In this document: positions 18,814 to 29,439 of the stretch, one piece after another
Layout of the letters: every line of letters begins with the position of its first letter
Numbering within the stretch: the first letter of the stretch is position 1
Assembly: GCF_029227855.1 (NCBI RefSeq)
Contig: NZ_CP074356.1
DNA length: 64,000 bases
Strand: one strand, 5' to 3'
Source: Escherichia coli
Lineage (GTDB): Bacteria; Pseudomonadota; Gammaproteobacteria; Enterobacterales; Enterobacteriaceae
The notes under the pieces: generated by a model
Told to the model about the DNA's origin: nothing
Seen by the model: only the letters and a program-made list of their open reading frames with translations
Database searches by the model: none
Program-made: the position numbers and the translations under genes

Positions 18814-19129
18814 AGTGAGACTCTATACGAAATTGGTGTTCATATCATAATGCATCTCAGAAAATAATTTTGATTATTTTTTTGCATGTTTGTATGTACA
18901 CGTTCGAAAATAAACGAATGCGTATGCAACCCCGTAATTTTGGTGAGACCCAAAATCGATTTTGTGAAAAATGGCTTTAACTCGGTTTGTTTTTCGAGTT
19001 CCGGGCGGACTCAAGGAAGAAGAATAGTGTTGCGTGTTATTTTAACCAGATTTCAAGTTGTTTGGTCGTGGAAAAGTGGAGCAAAATGTTGTTAAAGTGG
19101 AAAAATGATAAAAAAGTAAGTTTATTATA

Positions 19130-19363
19130 TTACATTTTACCATTTAAATTTTGGTTGTCTTTAAGAACTGATATCGCTGTTTGTAATAATTCTTTGTTAT
19201 CCAGCCATGATTTGTTCTTTATGTTTCCTTCAATGTAATCAAGCAATGTTCTGGTATTGATAGGTCTTCCCTGTTTTGCTACTTCCACTACAGCATCCCC
19301 TAGGATAATTCTGACTTCAGGAAGCTGCGCAGGGAACCACTTTAGGGTGTCTTTTGATTTCAT
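19130..19363 (-). CDS. ydfK: Small prophage protein YdfK/YnaE-like
   Basis: 77 aa from the internal Met (MKSKDTLKWF...), matching the recalled YdfK length and its position next to pin. Confidence 0.55.
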   Translation of the reverse strand: MKSKDTLKWFPAQLPEVRIILGDAVVEVAKQGRPINTRTLLDYIEGNIKNKSWLDNKELLQTAISVLKDNQNLNGKM

Positions 19364-20147
19364 GAATATATTCCTTAAAATATTATTGATTTTCATTGCG
19401 ATATTGTATGTCTGATTCAGGATATGTTGACTTATACATCGGTTTTGTCTGGGTTATTGGATATGCCAATCCCTAATTTTATTAGAGCATGACTAAAAAT
19501 GCTGAATATGATAAGGAGCGAAGTGATTATCAGTATGCTGTTCATATAGCCTCGAATTAGTAATGTGTTATATATGATATAGTTGACAATTTTTATCCTG
19601 GGTGTTCTTAAAGTTCGTAGATAAACATTGTCGTTTCAGGTATACAGGAATGCTAACAGATGGCGGCAAAAATCAGGCGGTTTATGGCGCAAGCTGAAGT
19701 GGCAACTGCAAACTATCTTATGCAGAGACTCTACACGGATTGGGTTTAAAAGTATACATAGATAACAGTTTTTATCTGAAGAAGAAAAATATCAAGGTGA
19801 TATAGCCTATATGCCTTTGATGCGGAGGAATGAATGTGATGGGAGTGATGTATCTGAATAGTTGAAAAACCGCAGACACGCCTTATGCAAGAACGTGCTG
19901 CGGTTGGCTGGTAAATTTTTCGATAGTGCGAGTATTGAATGATTTCCAGCCGTTATTGATTTTACGCGTAACTCCATGAAAAAACTACTTATCTGTTGAG
20001 GAGTTTTTTGGGGCATATATGGGACAGAAATAGGCCCCAGATAGACACTGAGATCGAACTTAGGATGCTTTTTAAAAAATGCAACTATCTGAAAAAACCT
20101 AGAAAACGCCAAGGAAACCACAGGATGGGAAAAAACACCTGTGAATT

Positions 20148-21431
20148 ATGGATTTCCAGTTATATTCGCTCGGCGCAGCGTTAGTGTTTCATGAAATATT
20201 TTTTCCTGAATCATCAACGGCAATGGCGTTAATTCTGGCAATGGGAACCTACGGTGCAGGTTATGTGGCGCGTATTGTCGGAGCATTTATTTTCGGCAAA
20301 ATGGGCGACAGAATCGGGCGTAAAAAAGTGCTCTTTATTACCATCACCATGATGGGGATCTGTACCACCTTAATTGGTGTGCTGCCGACCTATGCACAAA
20401 TTGGTGTGTTTGCGCCAATTTTGCTGGTGACGCTGCGTATTATTCAGGGGCTGGGGGCAGGCGCGGAAATTTCCGGTGCCGGCACGATGCTGGCGGAATA
20501 TGCACCAAAAGGTAAGCGCGGAATTATCTCCTCATTTGTTGCTATGGGGACTAACTGCGGAACCTTGAGCGCAACGGCAATCTGGGCCTTTATGTTCTTC
20601 ATTCTCAGTAAAGAGGAACTGCTGGCGTGGGGATGGCGTATACCGTTCCTGGCGAGCGTTGTCGTGATGGTCTTTGCTATCTGGTTGCGTATGAATCTGA
20701 AAGAAAGCCCGGTCTTTGAGAAGGTTAACGACAGCAACCAACCGACAGCAAAACCTGCACCTGCTGGTAGCATGTTCCAGAGCAAATCCTTCTGGCTGGC
20801 AACAGGGCTGCGTTTTGGTCAGGCTGGTAACTCCGGTTTAATTCAGACTTTCCTTGCAGGCTATTTAGTGCAGACGTTATTGTTTAACAAAGCAATTCCA
20901 ACAGATGCATTGATGATCAGTTCGATTCTCGGCTTTATGACCATTCCGTTCCTTGGTTGGTTATCCGATAAAATTGGTCGCCGGATCCCGTATATTATTA
21001 TGAATACCTCTGCGATTGTGCTGGCGTGGCCAATGCTTTCTATCATCGTAGATAAAAGCTATGCCCCGAGCACCATTATGGTTGCACTGATTGTGATTCA
21101 TAACTGTGCGGTGCTGGGATTATTTGCTCTGGAAAACATTACCATGGCAGAAATGTTCGGCTGTAAAAACCGCTTTACCCGGATGGCTATTTCTAAAGAA
21201 ATTGGTGGTCTTATCGCTTCCGGTTTTGGTCCTATCCTGGCGGGTATTTTCTGCACCATGACGGAATCCTGGTATCCGATCGCCATTATGATCATGGCAT
21301 ATTCAGTGATTGGTTTAATCTCTGCGCTGAAAATGCCAGAAGTGAAAGACCGTGATTTAAGTGCGCTGGAAGACGCTGCGGAAGATCAACCGCGTGTTGT
21401 CAGAGCTGCGCAACCTTCCAGAAGTCTTTAA
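20148..21431 (+). CDS. ydfJ: MFS metabolite:H+ symporter YdfJ, N-terminally truncated at the prophage junction
   Basis: Frame opens right after a TGA at 20142-20144 and starts within the first transmembrane region, so about 20-30 N-terminal residues are missing. Confidence 0.8.
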   Translation: MDFQLYSLGAALVFHEIFFPESSTAMALILAMGTYGAGYVARIVGAFIFGKMGDRIGRKKVLFITITMMGICTTLIGVLPTYAQIGVFAPILLVTLRIIQGLGAGAEISGAGTMLAEYAPKGKRGIISSFVAMGTNCGTLSATAIWAFMFFILSKEELLAWGWRIPFLASVVVMVFAIWLRMNLKESPVFEKVNDSNQPTAKPAPAGSMFQSKSFWLATGLRFGQAGNSGLIQTFLAGYLVQTLLFNKAIPTDALMISSILGFMTIPFLGWLSDKIGRRIPYIIMNTSAIVLAWPMLSIIVDKSYAPSTIMVALIVIHNCAVLGLFALENITMAEMFGCKNRFTRMAISKEIGGLIASGFGPILAGIFCTMTESWYPIAIMIMAYSVIGLISALKMPEVKDRDLSALEDAAEDQPRVVRAAQPSRSL

Positions 21432-21519
21432 ATCCTCAATCCCTTCTCTTACCGGAGAGGGGATTTTTATTCATATAACAAAACATGTAGCTTGCCATAT
21501 TTATGTTTAAGGAATTGTT

Positions 21520-22980
21520 ATGGGAAATAATTTGTTATCAGCAAAAGCGACACTCCCTGTTTATGATCGTAATAACCTGGCCCCAAGAATTGTTCATTTA
21601 GGCTTTGGTGCATTTCACCGTGCGCATCAGGGCGTGTATGCCGATATTCTTGCTACAAAACATTTCAGTGATTGGGGATATTATGAGGTCAACTTAATCG
21701 GCGGCGAACAGCAAATTGCCGATTTACAACAGCAAGATAATCTTTATACCGTTGCGGAAATGTCGGCCGATGCGTGGACGGCTCGCGTCGTTGGCGTCGT
21801 TAAAAAAGCCTTGCACATACAAATAGATGGCTTAGAAACCGTGCTGGCTGCGATGTGTGAACCGCAAATCGCGATTGTCTCTCTGACAATCACCGAAAAA
21901 GGGTATTTCCACTCTCCGGCGACCGGACAGTTAATGCTCGATCACCCGATGGTCGTTGCCGACGTACAAAATCCCCACCAGCCGAAAACTGCAACAGGGG
22001 TGATTGTCGAGGCGCTGGCTCGCCGTAAAGCGGCAGGACTTCCCGCATTTACCGTCATGTCATGTGACAACATGCCAGAAAACGGTCATGTTATGCGTGA
22101 CGTTGTCACTTCCTACGCGCAAGCTGTTGATGTAAAACTGGCACAATGGATCGAAGAAAACGTGACTTTCCCATCAACAATGGTGGACCGTATTGTGCCC
22201 GCAGTGACAGAGGATACGCTGGCGAAAATCGAACAACTTACCGGTGTGCGCGATCCTGCTGGCGTTGCCTGTGAACCTTTCCGCCAGTGGGTAATAGAAG
22301 ATAACTTTGTTGCCGGACGTCCGGAATGGGAAAAAGCGGGAGCCGAACTGGTTAGTGATGTGCTGCCTTATGAAGAGATGAAGTTGCGCATGCTCAACGG
22401 CAGTCATTCATTCCTGGCGTATCTGGGGTATCTTGCCGGATATCAGCACATTAATGACTGTATGGAAGATGAACATTATCGTCATGCAGCGTATGCCTTG
22501 ATGTTGCAGGAACAAGCGCCGACGTTGAAAGTGCAGGGCGTTGATTTGCAAGATTACGCTAACCGATTAATTGAACGCTATAGCAACCCGGCGCTACGTC
22601 ATCGAACCTGGCAGATTGCGATGGATGGCAGCCAGAAATTGCCACAGCGGATGTTGGATTCTGTTCGCTGGCATCTGGCGCATGACAGCAAGTTCGATCT
22701 GCTGGCGCTGGGCGTCGCAGGTTGGATGCGTTATGTCGGTGGTGTTGATGAACAGGGAAATCCGATAGAAATCAGTGACCCACTGTTACCTGTTATTCAG
22801 AAGGCTGTACAAAGTAGTGCCGAAGGGAAAGCGCGCGTCCAGTCATTGCTGGCGATTAAGGCGATCTTTGGTGATGATTTGCCAGACAATAGCTTGTTTA
22901 CTGCAAAAGTGACGGAAGCGTACTTGTCTTTATTAGCGCATGGTGCGAAAGCGACCGTGGCGAAATATTCCGTGAAGTAA
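21520..22980 (+). CDS. ydfI: Mannitol dehydrogenase-family oxidoreductase YdfI
   Basis: 486 aa with an N-terminal Rossmann fold ([14 protein letters not shown]). Confidence 0.9.
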   Translation: MGNNLLSAKATLPVYDRNNLAPRIVHLGFGAFHRAHQGVYADILATKHFSDWGYYEVNLIGGEQQIADLQQQDNLYTVAEMSADAWTARVVGVVKKALHIQIDGLETVLAAMCEPQIAIVSLTITEKGYFHSPATGQLMLDHPMVVADVQNPHQPKTATGVIVEALARRKAAGLPAFTVMSCDNMPENGHVMRDVVTSYAQAVDVKLAQWIEENVTFPSTMVDRIVPAVTEDTLAKIEQLTGVRDPAGVACEPFRQWVIEDNFVAGRPEWEKAGAELVSDVLPYEEMKLRMLNGSHSFLAYLGYLAGYQHINDCMEDEHYRHAAYALMLQEQAPTLKVQGVDLQDYANRLIERYSNPALRHRTWQIAMDGSQKLPQRMLDSVRWHLAHDSKFDLLALGVAGWMRYVGGVDEQGNPIEISDPLLPVIQKAVQSSAEGKARVQSLLAIKAIFGDDLPDNSLFTAKVTEAYLSLLAHGAKATVAKYSVK

Positions 22981-23010
22981 AAAAGCAATGCCGCCATCGG
23001 CGGCATTCAC
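22981..23010. terminator. Bidirectional terminator hairpin between ydfI and ydfZ
   Basis: AATGCCGCC-ATC-GGCGGCATT palindrome flanked by A- and T-rich runs. Confidence 0.6.
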
Positions 23011-23014
23011 ACGC

Positions 23015-23218
23015 TTAGTTCATGCCGAGACGAATCAGGTCCAGAGGTGCCAGTTTCTCTTCACAACCTTCAACAACTACGGTTTTTCCGCGGCGGATTT
23101 GCTCAGCGGTCAGACCTTCAGTATCAATCGACAGGATCTTGCCAGTGTGACCGGTGCCGCTAACCATAACACGGCTGCCAGTGGTGATTGCGTTACGGTT
23201 ACGATCGTAGGTCGTCAT
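23015..23218 (-). CDS. ydfZ: Selenium-binding protein YdfZ
   Basis: 67-aa ORF matching recalled YdfZ ([28 protein letters not shown]). Confidence 0.85.
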
Positions 23219-23394
23219 AGGTGTTTTCTCCTTTCTGATTTACAGTCGAAGCCCACGTAACGGGCGCAATATAAATACTCCTGTCGAGTGAAATATTTTT
23301 TGTTTTTGATCAAGCTCACATCTTTTTTGATGCATGCATGAGCCATAAGGCGGGGGGAAAGACTCTCACCCCGGATGGGATGAGAGGAAATGAA

Positions 23395-24081
23395 TTACTC
23401 TTCGCTAAACCAGTCGCTGTTTTCCTGGCGGATCTGGCGCACGGATTCGCTGATTTCCTGCAAATGTTGCGTCATTGCACGTTCTACCGCATCGCCATCA
23501 CGTTTTTGCAGGGCAGAGAAAATATCAAGATGCTGGCGTAACAGCATTTCTGGTGGAGAAACGTGGTCGAAACTCATATAGCGCACGCGATCAACGGTCG
23601 CTTTCAGGTTCTCAATGGTATCCCACGCCAGTTGACAGTCGGCAATCTGGGTCAGGAGTTGATGGAAGTTGTCATCAAGTTCAAAAAAATCATCCAGTTG
23701 CTTGCGCTCAATGGCAATGCGTTGCTGGTGAAGATTTTGTTCCAGTTGGTAGCACTGGCTTTCGGTAATCATGCTCGCCGCCCGACGCGCCACCGCGCAC
23801 TCAATGGCCTGACGGATAAAACTGCCGTTGCGCACCTGGGCCATGGAAATTTTGTTGACGTAGCTGCCACGCTGCGGACGAATTTGAATCAGGCCGTTTT
23901 CCGCCAGTTTAATAAAGGCTTCACGAACCGGCTGGCGTGACACATTGAAACGAACAGAAACTTCTTTTTCCGACAACGGTGTGCCTGGTGCAATCAGGCA
24001 ATGGACAATGTCGCGACGAAGAATACGATAAATCTGCTGATTGACAGGCTGTGTGGGATTAAGTTGCGTTTCGACGGTCAT
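23395..24081 (-). CDS. ydfH: GntR/FadR-family transcriptional regulator YdfH (RspR)
   Basis: 228 aa with an N-terminal GntR helix-turn-helix and FCD-type C-terminal domain. Confidence 0.9.
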
Positions 24082-24169
24082 TCGTTCTTGCTTGTGAGTG
24101 AGTTAACTGCATGAGTCTACCACTTTTTTGTGACAAGCAATAACCCGGCAGTTACGCCGGGTATAAAAA

Positions 24170-24916
24170 TTACTGACGGTGGACATTCAGTCCGGCATAG
24201 CTTTGGGTAACCGGCATCATTTCCAGGGTATTGATATTGACGTGAGCAGGCAGCGTTGACACCCACCAGACGGCTTCGCTGACATCTTCTGGCGTCAATG
24301 CAACGGTATTTTGATAGGTTTTTTCCGCTTTACCGTCATCGCCTTTAAAGCGGACATTGGAAAACTCGGTGCCACCCACCAGACCCGGCTCGATGTCGGT
24401 GACGCGCACCGCCGTACCATGCAGGTCCGTACGCAGATTCAGGCTAAACTGACGAACAAACGCTTTCGTCGCACCGTAAACGTTACCACCGGCATACGGC
24501 CAGCTGCCTGCCGTTGAGCCAATGTTAATAATATGACCATGATTACGTTCAACCATACCCGGTAAGACGGCGCGCGTCATATATACCAGGCCTTTGTTGT
24601 TGGTATCAATCATCGTTTCCCAGTCTTCAACGCTGGCTTTATGCGCAGGCTCCATGCCCAACGCCAGGCCGGCATTATTTACCAGGATATCAATATTGCA
24701 CCACTCGGCAGGAAGCGATGCCAGCATCTCTTCAATAGCGGCGCGGTTGCGAACGTCCAGTTGGGCGATATAAAGATTATCTCCCAGTTCGTCTTTTAAC
24801 TCCTGCAACCGCTCCTGGCGACGGCCAGTGGCGATAACTTTATGCCCTTGTTGAATAAAACGACGAGTAATGCATTCACCAAAACCTGCCGTTGCTCCAG
24901 TTACTAAAACGATCAT
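24170..24916 (-). CDS. ydfG: NADP-dependent 3-hydroxy acid dehydrogenase YdfG (SDR family)
   Basis: 248 aa from MIVLVTGATAGFGE (TGxxxGxG motif); Shine-Dalgarno upstream of ATG 24916. Confidence 0.9.
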   Translation of the reverse strand: MIVLVTGATAGFGECITRRFIQQGHKVIATGRRQERLQELKDELGDNLYIAQLDVRNRAAIEEMLASLPAEWCNIDILVNNAGLALGMEPAHKASVEDWETMIDTNNKGLVYMTRAVLPGMVERNHGHIINIGSTAGSWPYAGGNVYGATKAFVRQFSLNLRTDLHGTAVRVTDIEPGLVGGTEFSNVRFKGDDGKAEKTYQNTVALTPEDVSEAVWWVSTLPAHVNINTLEMMPVTQSYAGLNVHRQ

Positions 24917-25052
24917 CTCACTGTTCCTCAACGCTTTTGTGTGTCAATAACATAGCACGTGATGCTTAAGAGCGGGTAATACTGGTTTGCAAGATTGCAC
25001 TCCGTTATCAGTAAGCCTACGCTATGGAACACCTCGCGTTCAGGAGAAGAAA

Positions 25053-27098
25053 ATGACAACAATGAATCCTTTCCTTGTGCAAAGCACACTGCCGTATCTG
25101 GCTCCCCATTTTGATCAAATTTCCAATCATCACTATCGCCCGGCATTCGATGAGGGAATGCTGCAAAAGCGGGCAGAAATTACTGCCATCGCGCTTAACC
25201 CGCAAACGCCTGATTTCAACAATACTATTCTGGCACTGGAACAAAGCGGAGAATTACTTACCCGCGTTACCAGCGTCTTTTTTGCGATGACTGCGGCGCA
25301 TACCAATGATGAATTACAGCGTCTTGATGAACAGTTTTCCGCTGAACTGGCGGAACTGGCTAATGATATCTATCTGAACGGTGAATTATTCGCGCGGGTA
25401 GATGCTGTCTGGCAGCGCCGAGAATCCCTGGGGCTTGATAGTGAATCCATCCGCCTGGTGGAGGTGATTCATCAACGTTTTGTCCTTGCCGGAGCCAAAC
25501 TTGCGCAAGCTGATAAAGCAAAATTAAAAGTACTGAATACAGAAGCTGCGACCCTGACCAGCCAGTTTAACCAGCGGTTACTGGCAGCAAATAAATCCGG
25601 CGGTCTGGTTGTGAACGATATCGCGCAGCTGGCAGGAATAAGTGAGCAAGAGATTGCGCTGGCGGCAGAGGCGGCTCGCGAGAAAGGTCTGGATAACAAA
25701 TGGCTGATTCCGCTGCTGAATACCACCCAACAACCGGCGCTTGCCGAAATGCGCGATCGCGCGACGCGTGAAAAACTGTTTATTGCGGGCTGGACGCGAG
25801 CGGAAAAAAATGATGCCAATGATACCCGCGCTATCATTCAACGTCTGGTGGAGATCCGTGCACAACAGGCAACATTACTTGGTTTTCCTCATTATGCCGC
25901 ATGGAAAATCGCCGATCAGATGGCAAAAACACCTGAAGCAGCACTCAACTTTATGCGGGAAATTGTTCCAGCGGCGCGTCAACGTGCGAGCGATGAATTA
26001 GCCTCCATACAGGCGGTTATTGATAAGCAGCAGGGCGGGTTTAGCGCGCAGCCGTGGGACTGGGCATTTTATGCCGAGCAGGTAAGACGTGAGAAATTCG
26101 ATCTCGATGAATCGCAGCTCAAGCCATATTTTGAATTAAACACGGTGTTGAATGAAGGTGTATTCTGGACCGCGAATCAGCTCTTCGGTATTAAGTTTGT
26201 CGAACGTTTTGATATTCCTGTCTACCATCCTGACGTTCGTGTGTGGGAAATTTTTGATCATAATGGCGTGGGGCTGGCGTTATTTTACGGTGATTTCTTC
26301 GCCCGTGATTCAAAAAGCGGCGGTGCATGGATGGGCAATTTTGTTGAGCAATCAACGCTTAATGAAACGCACCCGGTAATTTATAACGTCTGCAATTATC
26401 AGCAACCCGCCGCTGGGGAGCCTGCGTTGTTACTCTGGGATGATGTCATAACCTTATTCCATGAATTTGGTCATACGCTGCACGGCCTTTTTGCCCGCCA
26501 GCGTTATGCCACGCTTTCCGGCACCAACACGCCGCGTGATTTTGTCGAATTTCCGTCGCAAATCAACGAACACTGGGCAACGCATCCGCAGGTATTCGCT
26601 CGCTACGCCCGGCATTATCAGAGCGGGGCAGCAATGCCTGAAGAGCTGCAACAGAAAATGCGTAATGCCAGCCTGTTCAACAAAGGGTATGAGATGAGCG
26701 AACTGCTTAGCGCCGCACTTCTCGATATGCGTTGGCATTGCCTGGAAGAAAACGAAGCAATGCAGGATGTCGATGATTTTGAATTGCGGGCGCTGGTGGC
26801 GGAAAATATGGATCTTCCTGCTATACCGCCACGCTATCGCAGCAGTTATTTCGCCCATATTTTTGGTGGCGGATATGCCGCAGGTTATTACGCTTATCTG
26901 TGGACGCAAATGTTGGCCGATGATGGTTACCAGTGGTTTGTTGAGCAGGGCGGATTAACGCGTGAAAATGGGCGGCGTTTTCGCGAGGCGATTCTTTCCA
27001 GAGGTAACAGCGAAGATCTGGAACGCCTGTATCGACAATGGCGCGGTAAGGCACCTCAGATTATGCCGATGCTGCAACATCGTGGCTTGAACGTATAA
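25053..27098 (+). CDS. dcp: Dipeptidyl carboxypeptidase II (M3 family zinc peptidase)
   Basis: 681 aa starting MTTMNPF; HEFGH zinc-binding motif; AGGAGAA Shine-Dalgarno. Confidence 0.9.
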   Translation: MTTMNPFLVQSTLPYLAPHFDQISNHHYRPAFDEGMLQKRAEITAIALNPQTPDFNNTILALEQSGELLTRVTSVFFAMTAAHTNDELQRLDEQFSAELAELANDIYLNGELFARVDAVWQRRESLGLDSESIRLVEVIHQRFVLAGAKLAQADKAKLKVLNTEAATLTSQFNQRLLAANKSGGLVVNDIAQLAGISEQEIALAAEAAREKGLDNKWLIPLLNTTQQPALAEMRDRATREKLFIAGWTRAEKNDANDTRAIIQRLVEIRAQQATLLGFPHYAAWKIADQMAKTPEAALNFMREIVPAARQRASDELASIQAVIDKQQGGFSAQPWDWAFYAEQVRREKFDLDESQLKPYFELNTVLNEGVFWTANQLFGIKFVERFDIPVYHPDVRVWEIFDHNGVGLALFYGDFFARDSKSGGAWMGNFVEQSTLNETHPVIYNVCNYQQPAAGEPALLLWDDVITLFHEFGHTLHGLFARQRYATLSGTNTPRDFVEFPSQINEHWATHPQVFARYARHYQSGAAMPEELQQKMRNASLFNKGYEMSELLSAALLDMRWHCLEENEAMQDVDDFELRALVAENMDLPAIPPRYRSSYFAHIFGGGYAAGYYAYLWTQMLADDGYQWFVEQGGLTRENGRRFREAILSRGNSEDLERLYRQWRGKAPQIMPMLQHRGLNV

Positions 27099-27107
27099 AC
27101 ACCACCA

Positions 27108-27140
27108 ATGGCTGGCCTGGAGAAATCGCCAGGCCAGCCT
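27108..27140 (+). terminator. Hairpin terminator after dcp
   Basis: GGCTGGCCTGG-AGAAATCG-CCAGGCCAGCC stem-loop. Confidence 0.5.
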
Positions 27141-27461
27141 GGTTATAGCAGTAATTGCAGCAGCTGGGCGAGGGCAAACTTCACCGCTAATGCGAATGCC
27201 GTTTCGCAGTCGCCAGCAAAATTACTTTTTTTGTATACCCTTCCGTTATAATAATTTTCAAATTTATAAATCTGATTGTTCTGAAATATGTTTAAGTCTC
27301 TTTAATCTTCTTCTTACTTTAGTGAGTAAAATTCTCTGAATATTTGACAGCTAGTTGCCTGATTTTAAATGCCTTATAACAATTGCAGTATTCTTATTTG
27401 TCAATTATAAAAATAGCAACCAGACTTAATAAGTCAAACCAAACGCAATTAAGGAGTCAGT

Positions 27462-27854
27462 ATGAAATTTCAGGCCATTGTATTAGCAAGTTTTCTTGTC
27501 ATGCCTTATGCGTTGGCAGATGACCAGGGCGGATTAAAACAGGATGCAGCGCCACCGCCGCCTCATGCAATAGAAGATGGCTATCGCGGAACCGATGATG
27601 CAAAAAAAATGACCGTTGATTTCGCAAAAACCATGCATGATGGCGCTTCGGTTTCACTACGCGGTAATTTGATTTCTCACAAAGGAGAGGACCGTTACGT
27701 TTTTCGCGATAAGAGCGGTGAAATTAATGTTGTTATTCCTGCGGCAGTCTTTGATGGGCGAGAAGTTCAGCCGGACCAGATGATCAACATTAGCGGTAGT
27801 CTGGATAAGAAAAGCGCTCCGGCCGTCGTTCGGGTCACTCATTTGCAGAAATAA
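27462..27854 (+). CDS. ydeI: Periplasmic OB-fold protein YdeI (YgiW/BOF family)
   Basis: 130 aa with signal peptide. Confidence 0.85.
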
Positions 27855-28108
27855 AAATAAATTAGCCTGATGGCCTGAACTACTGGGCCATTAGGTTATT
27901 GGGTTATGCTATTTGTCATCCTTTTAATTGCGATAATGCAGGCTTAATTTACAGAATTAAACACTTTTTTATCCGCTGATTTTGTTTTAAATCACAATGT
28001 TATCTCAGAGATGACTCATAACTTCGGATTTCTATGAAAATATTGACGTAATTTTGCTTTTCTCTCGTTAGAATAGCGCGCACAAGGAACTGTGAAAAAG
28101 GAGTGGCA

Positions 28109-28999
28109 ATGATCAAGAAGACAACGGAAATTGATGCCATCTTGTTAAATCTCAATAAGGCTATCGATGCCCACTACCAGTGGCTGGTAAGTATGTTTCA
28201 CAGCGTAGTCGCGAGAGATGCCAGTAAGCCAGAAATAACGGATAACCATTCTTATGGACTGTGCCAGTTTGGTCGGTGGATTGATCATCTGGGACCACTC
28301 GATAACGATGAATTACCTTATGTTCGGCTAATGGATTCTGCCCATCAACATATGCATAACTGTGGTCGGGAATTAATGCTGGCTATTGTTGAAAATCACT
28401 GGCAGGACGCGCATTTCGACGCCTTTCAGGAAGGGTTGCTTTCTTTTACTGCGGCATTAACCGATTACAAAATTTATTTGCTGACTATCCGTAGCAATAT
28501 GGATGTTTTGACGGGATTGCCGGGTCGTCGGGTTCTTGATGAATCCTTTGATCATCAGTTACGCAACGCTGAGCCTCTGAATCTTTATTTAATGTTGTTG
28601 GATATTGACCGATTTAAATTGGTTAATGATACCTACGGGCATTTAAACGGCGATGTAGTATTACGCACCCTGGCAACTTACTTAGCCAGTTGGACGCGCG
28701 ATTACGAAACGGTTTATCGCTACGGTGGCGAAGAATTTATCATTATTGTCAAAGCGGCTAATGATGAAGAAGCATGTCGTGCAGGTATCAGAATTTGCCA
28801 GTTAGTCGATAACCATGCCATCACACATTCTGAAGGGCATATCAACATTACCGTGACAGCAGGTGTCAGTCGCGCATTTCCTGAAGAGCCTCTGGATGTG
28901 GTCATTGGAAGAGCGGACCGGGCAATGTATGAGGGTAAGCAAACCGGAAGAAATCGCTGTATGTTTATTGACGAACAAAACGTGATTAACCGAGTTTAA
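28109..28999 (+). CDS. dgcZ: Zinc-sensing diguanylate cyclase DgcZ (YdeH)
   Basis: 296 aa from MIKKTTEIDAILLNL; GGEEF motif (YRYGGEEFIIIV). Confidence 0.9.
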   Translation: MIKKTTEIDAILLNLNKAIDAHYQWLVSMFHSVVARDASKPEITDNHSYGLCQFGRWIDHLGPLDNDELPYVRLMDSAHQHMHNCGRELMLAIVENHWQDAHFDAFQEGLLSFTAALTDYKIYLLTIRSNMDVLTGLPGRRVLDESFDHQLRNAEPLNLYLMLLDIDRFKLVNDTYGHLNGDVVLRTLATYLASWTRDYETVYRYGGEEFIIIVKAANDEEACRAGIRICQLVDNHAITHSEGHINITVTAGVSRAFPEEPLDVVIGRADRAMYEGKQTGRNRCMFIDEQNVINRV

Positions 29000-29039
29000 G
29001 CTCCGTTTAACATTCATTGAGAAAACTGATGCTACTGTG

Positions 29040-29147
29040 TCAACGATCCGTTATCAGTGCAGGAAAATGCCTGTTAGCGTAAAAGCAAAACACAAATCTA
29101 TCCATGCAAGCATTCACCGCCGGTTTACTGGCGGTTTTTTTTTGCCG
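29040..29147 (+). ncRNA. mgrR: Candidate MgrR-type small RNA; 5' end uncertain
   Basis: Strong intrinsic terminator (CACCGCCGG-TTTACT-GGCGG plus 9 T) about 120 nt after the dgcZ stop, in the dgcZ-mgtS gap where mgrR is expected. Confidence 0.3.
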
Positions 29148-29217
29148 TCATAAAAATCAGGCCCCTTGTACACAACTGTAACAAGGGGCCGGTTAGGTGA
29201 GGGATTATCTCCGTTCA

Positions 29218-29313
29218 TTAGTCATCCCATTTGTGGCTGAAATACGCGGCCAGAAAACCAGAAAATAAAATTATTCCCAGTACGGCCATAAAAACATTCA
29301 TATTACCCAGCAT
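29218..29313 (-). CDS. mgtS: Small membrane protein MgtS (YneM), 31 aa
   Basis: Hand translation gives MLGNMNVFMAVLGIILFSGFLAAYFSHKWDD with a GGAGG Shine-Dalgarno upstream and a hairpin terminator downstream; not in the supplied ORF track. Confidence 0.8.
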   Translation of the reverse strand: MLGNMNVFMAVLGIILFSGFLAAYFSHKWDD

Positions 29314-29439
29314 TATTTGCCTCCGTTTATGGTGTGGTGTGTTTCCTCGCTTACCTTAATTTTCATCTCAATGAGAAAGATATTAGCAGAGATAACCTAA
29401 ACGAAGGCTGAATTAAATTTTTATTGTGTTCGACTTAAA

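Noticed and set aside
19807-20121. 104-aa minus-strand ORF in the AT-rich junction
   Set aside because: Low-complexity translation, no Shine-Dalgarno; treated as chance ORF in AT-rich DNA.
26454-26909. 151-aa minus-strand ORF inside dcp
   Set aside because: Antisense to a confidently identified gene.
29324-29345. Possible PhoP box in GTTTA...TGTGTTT just upstream of the mgtS start codon
   Set aside because: Half-site spacing does not fit the 11-bp direct repeat and the position is in the 5' UTR, not the -35 region.
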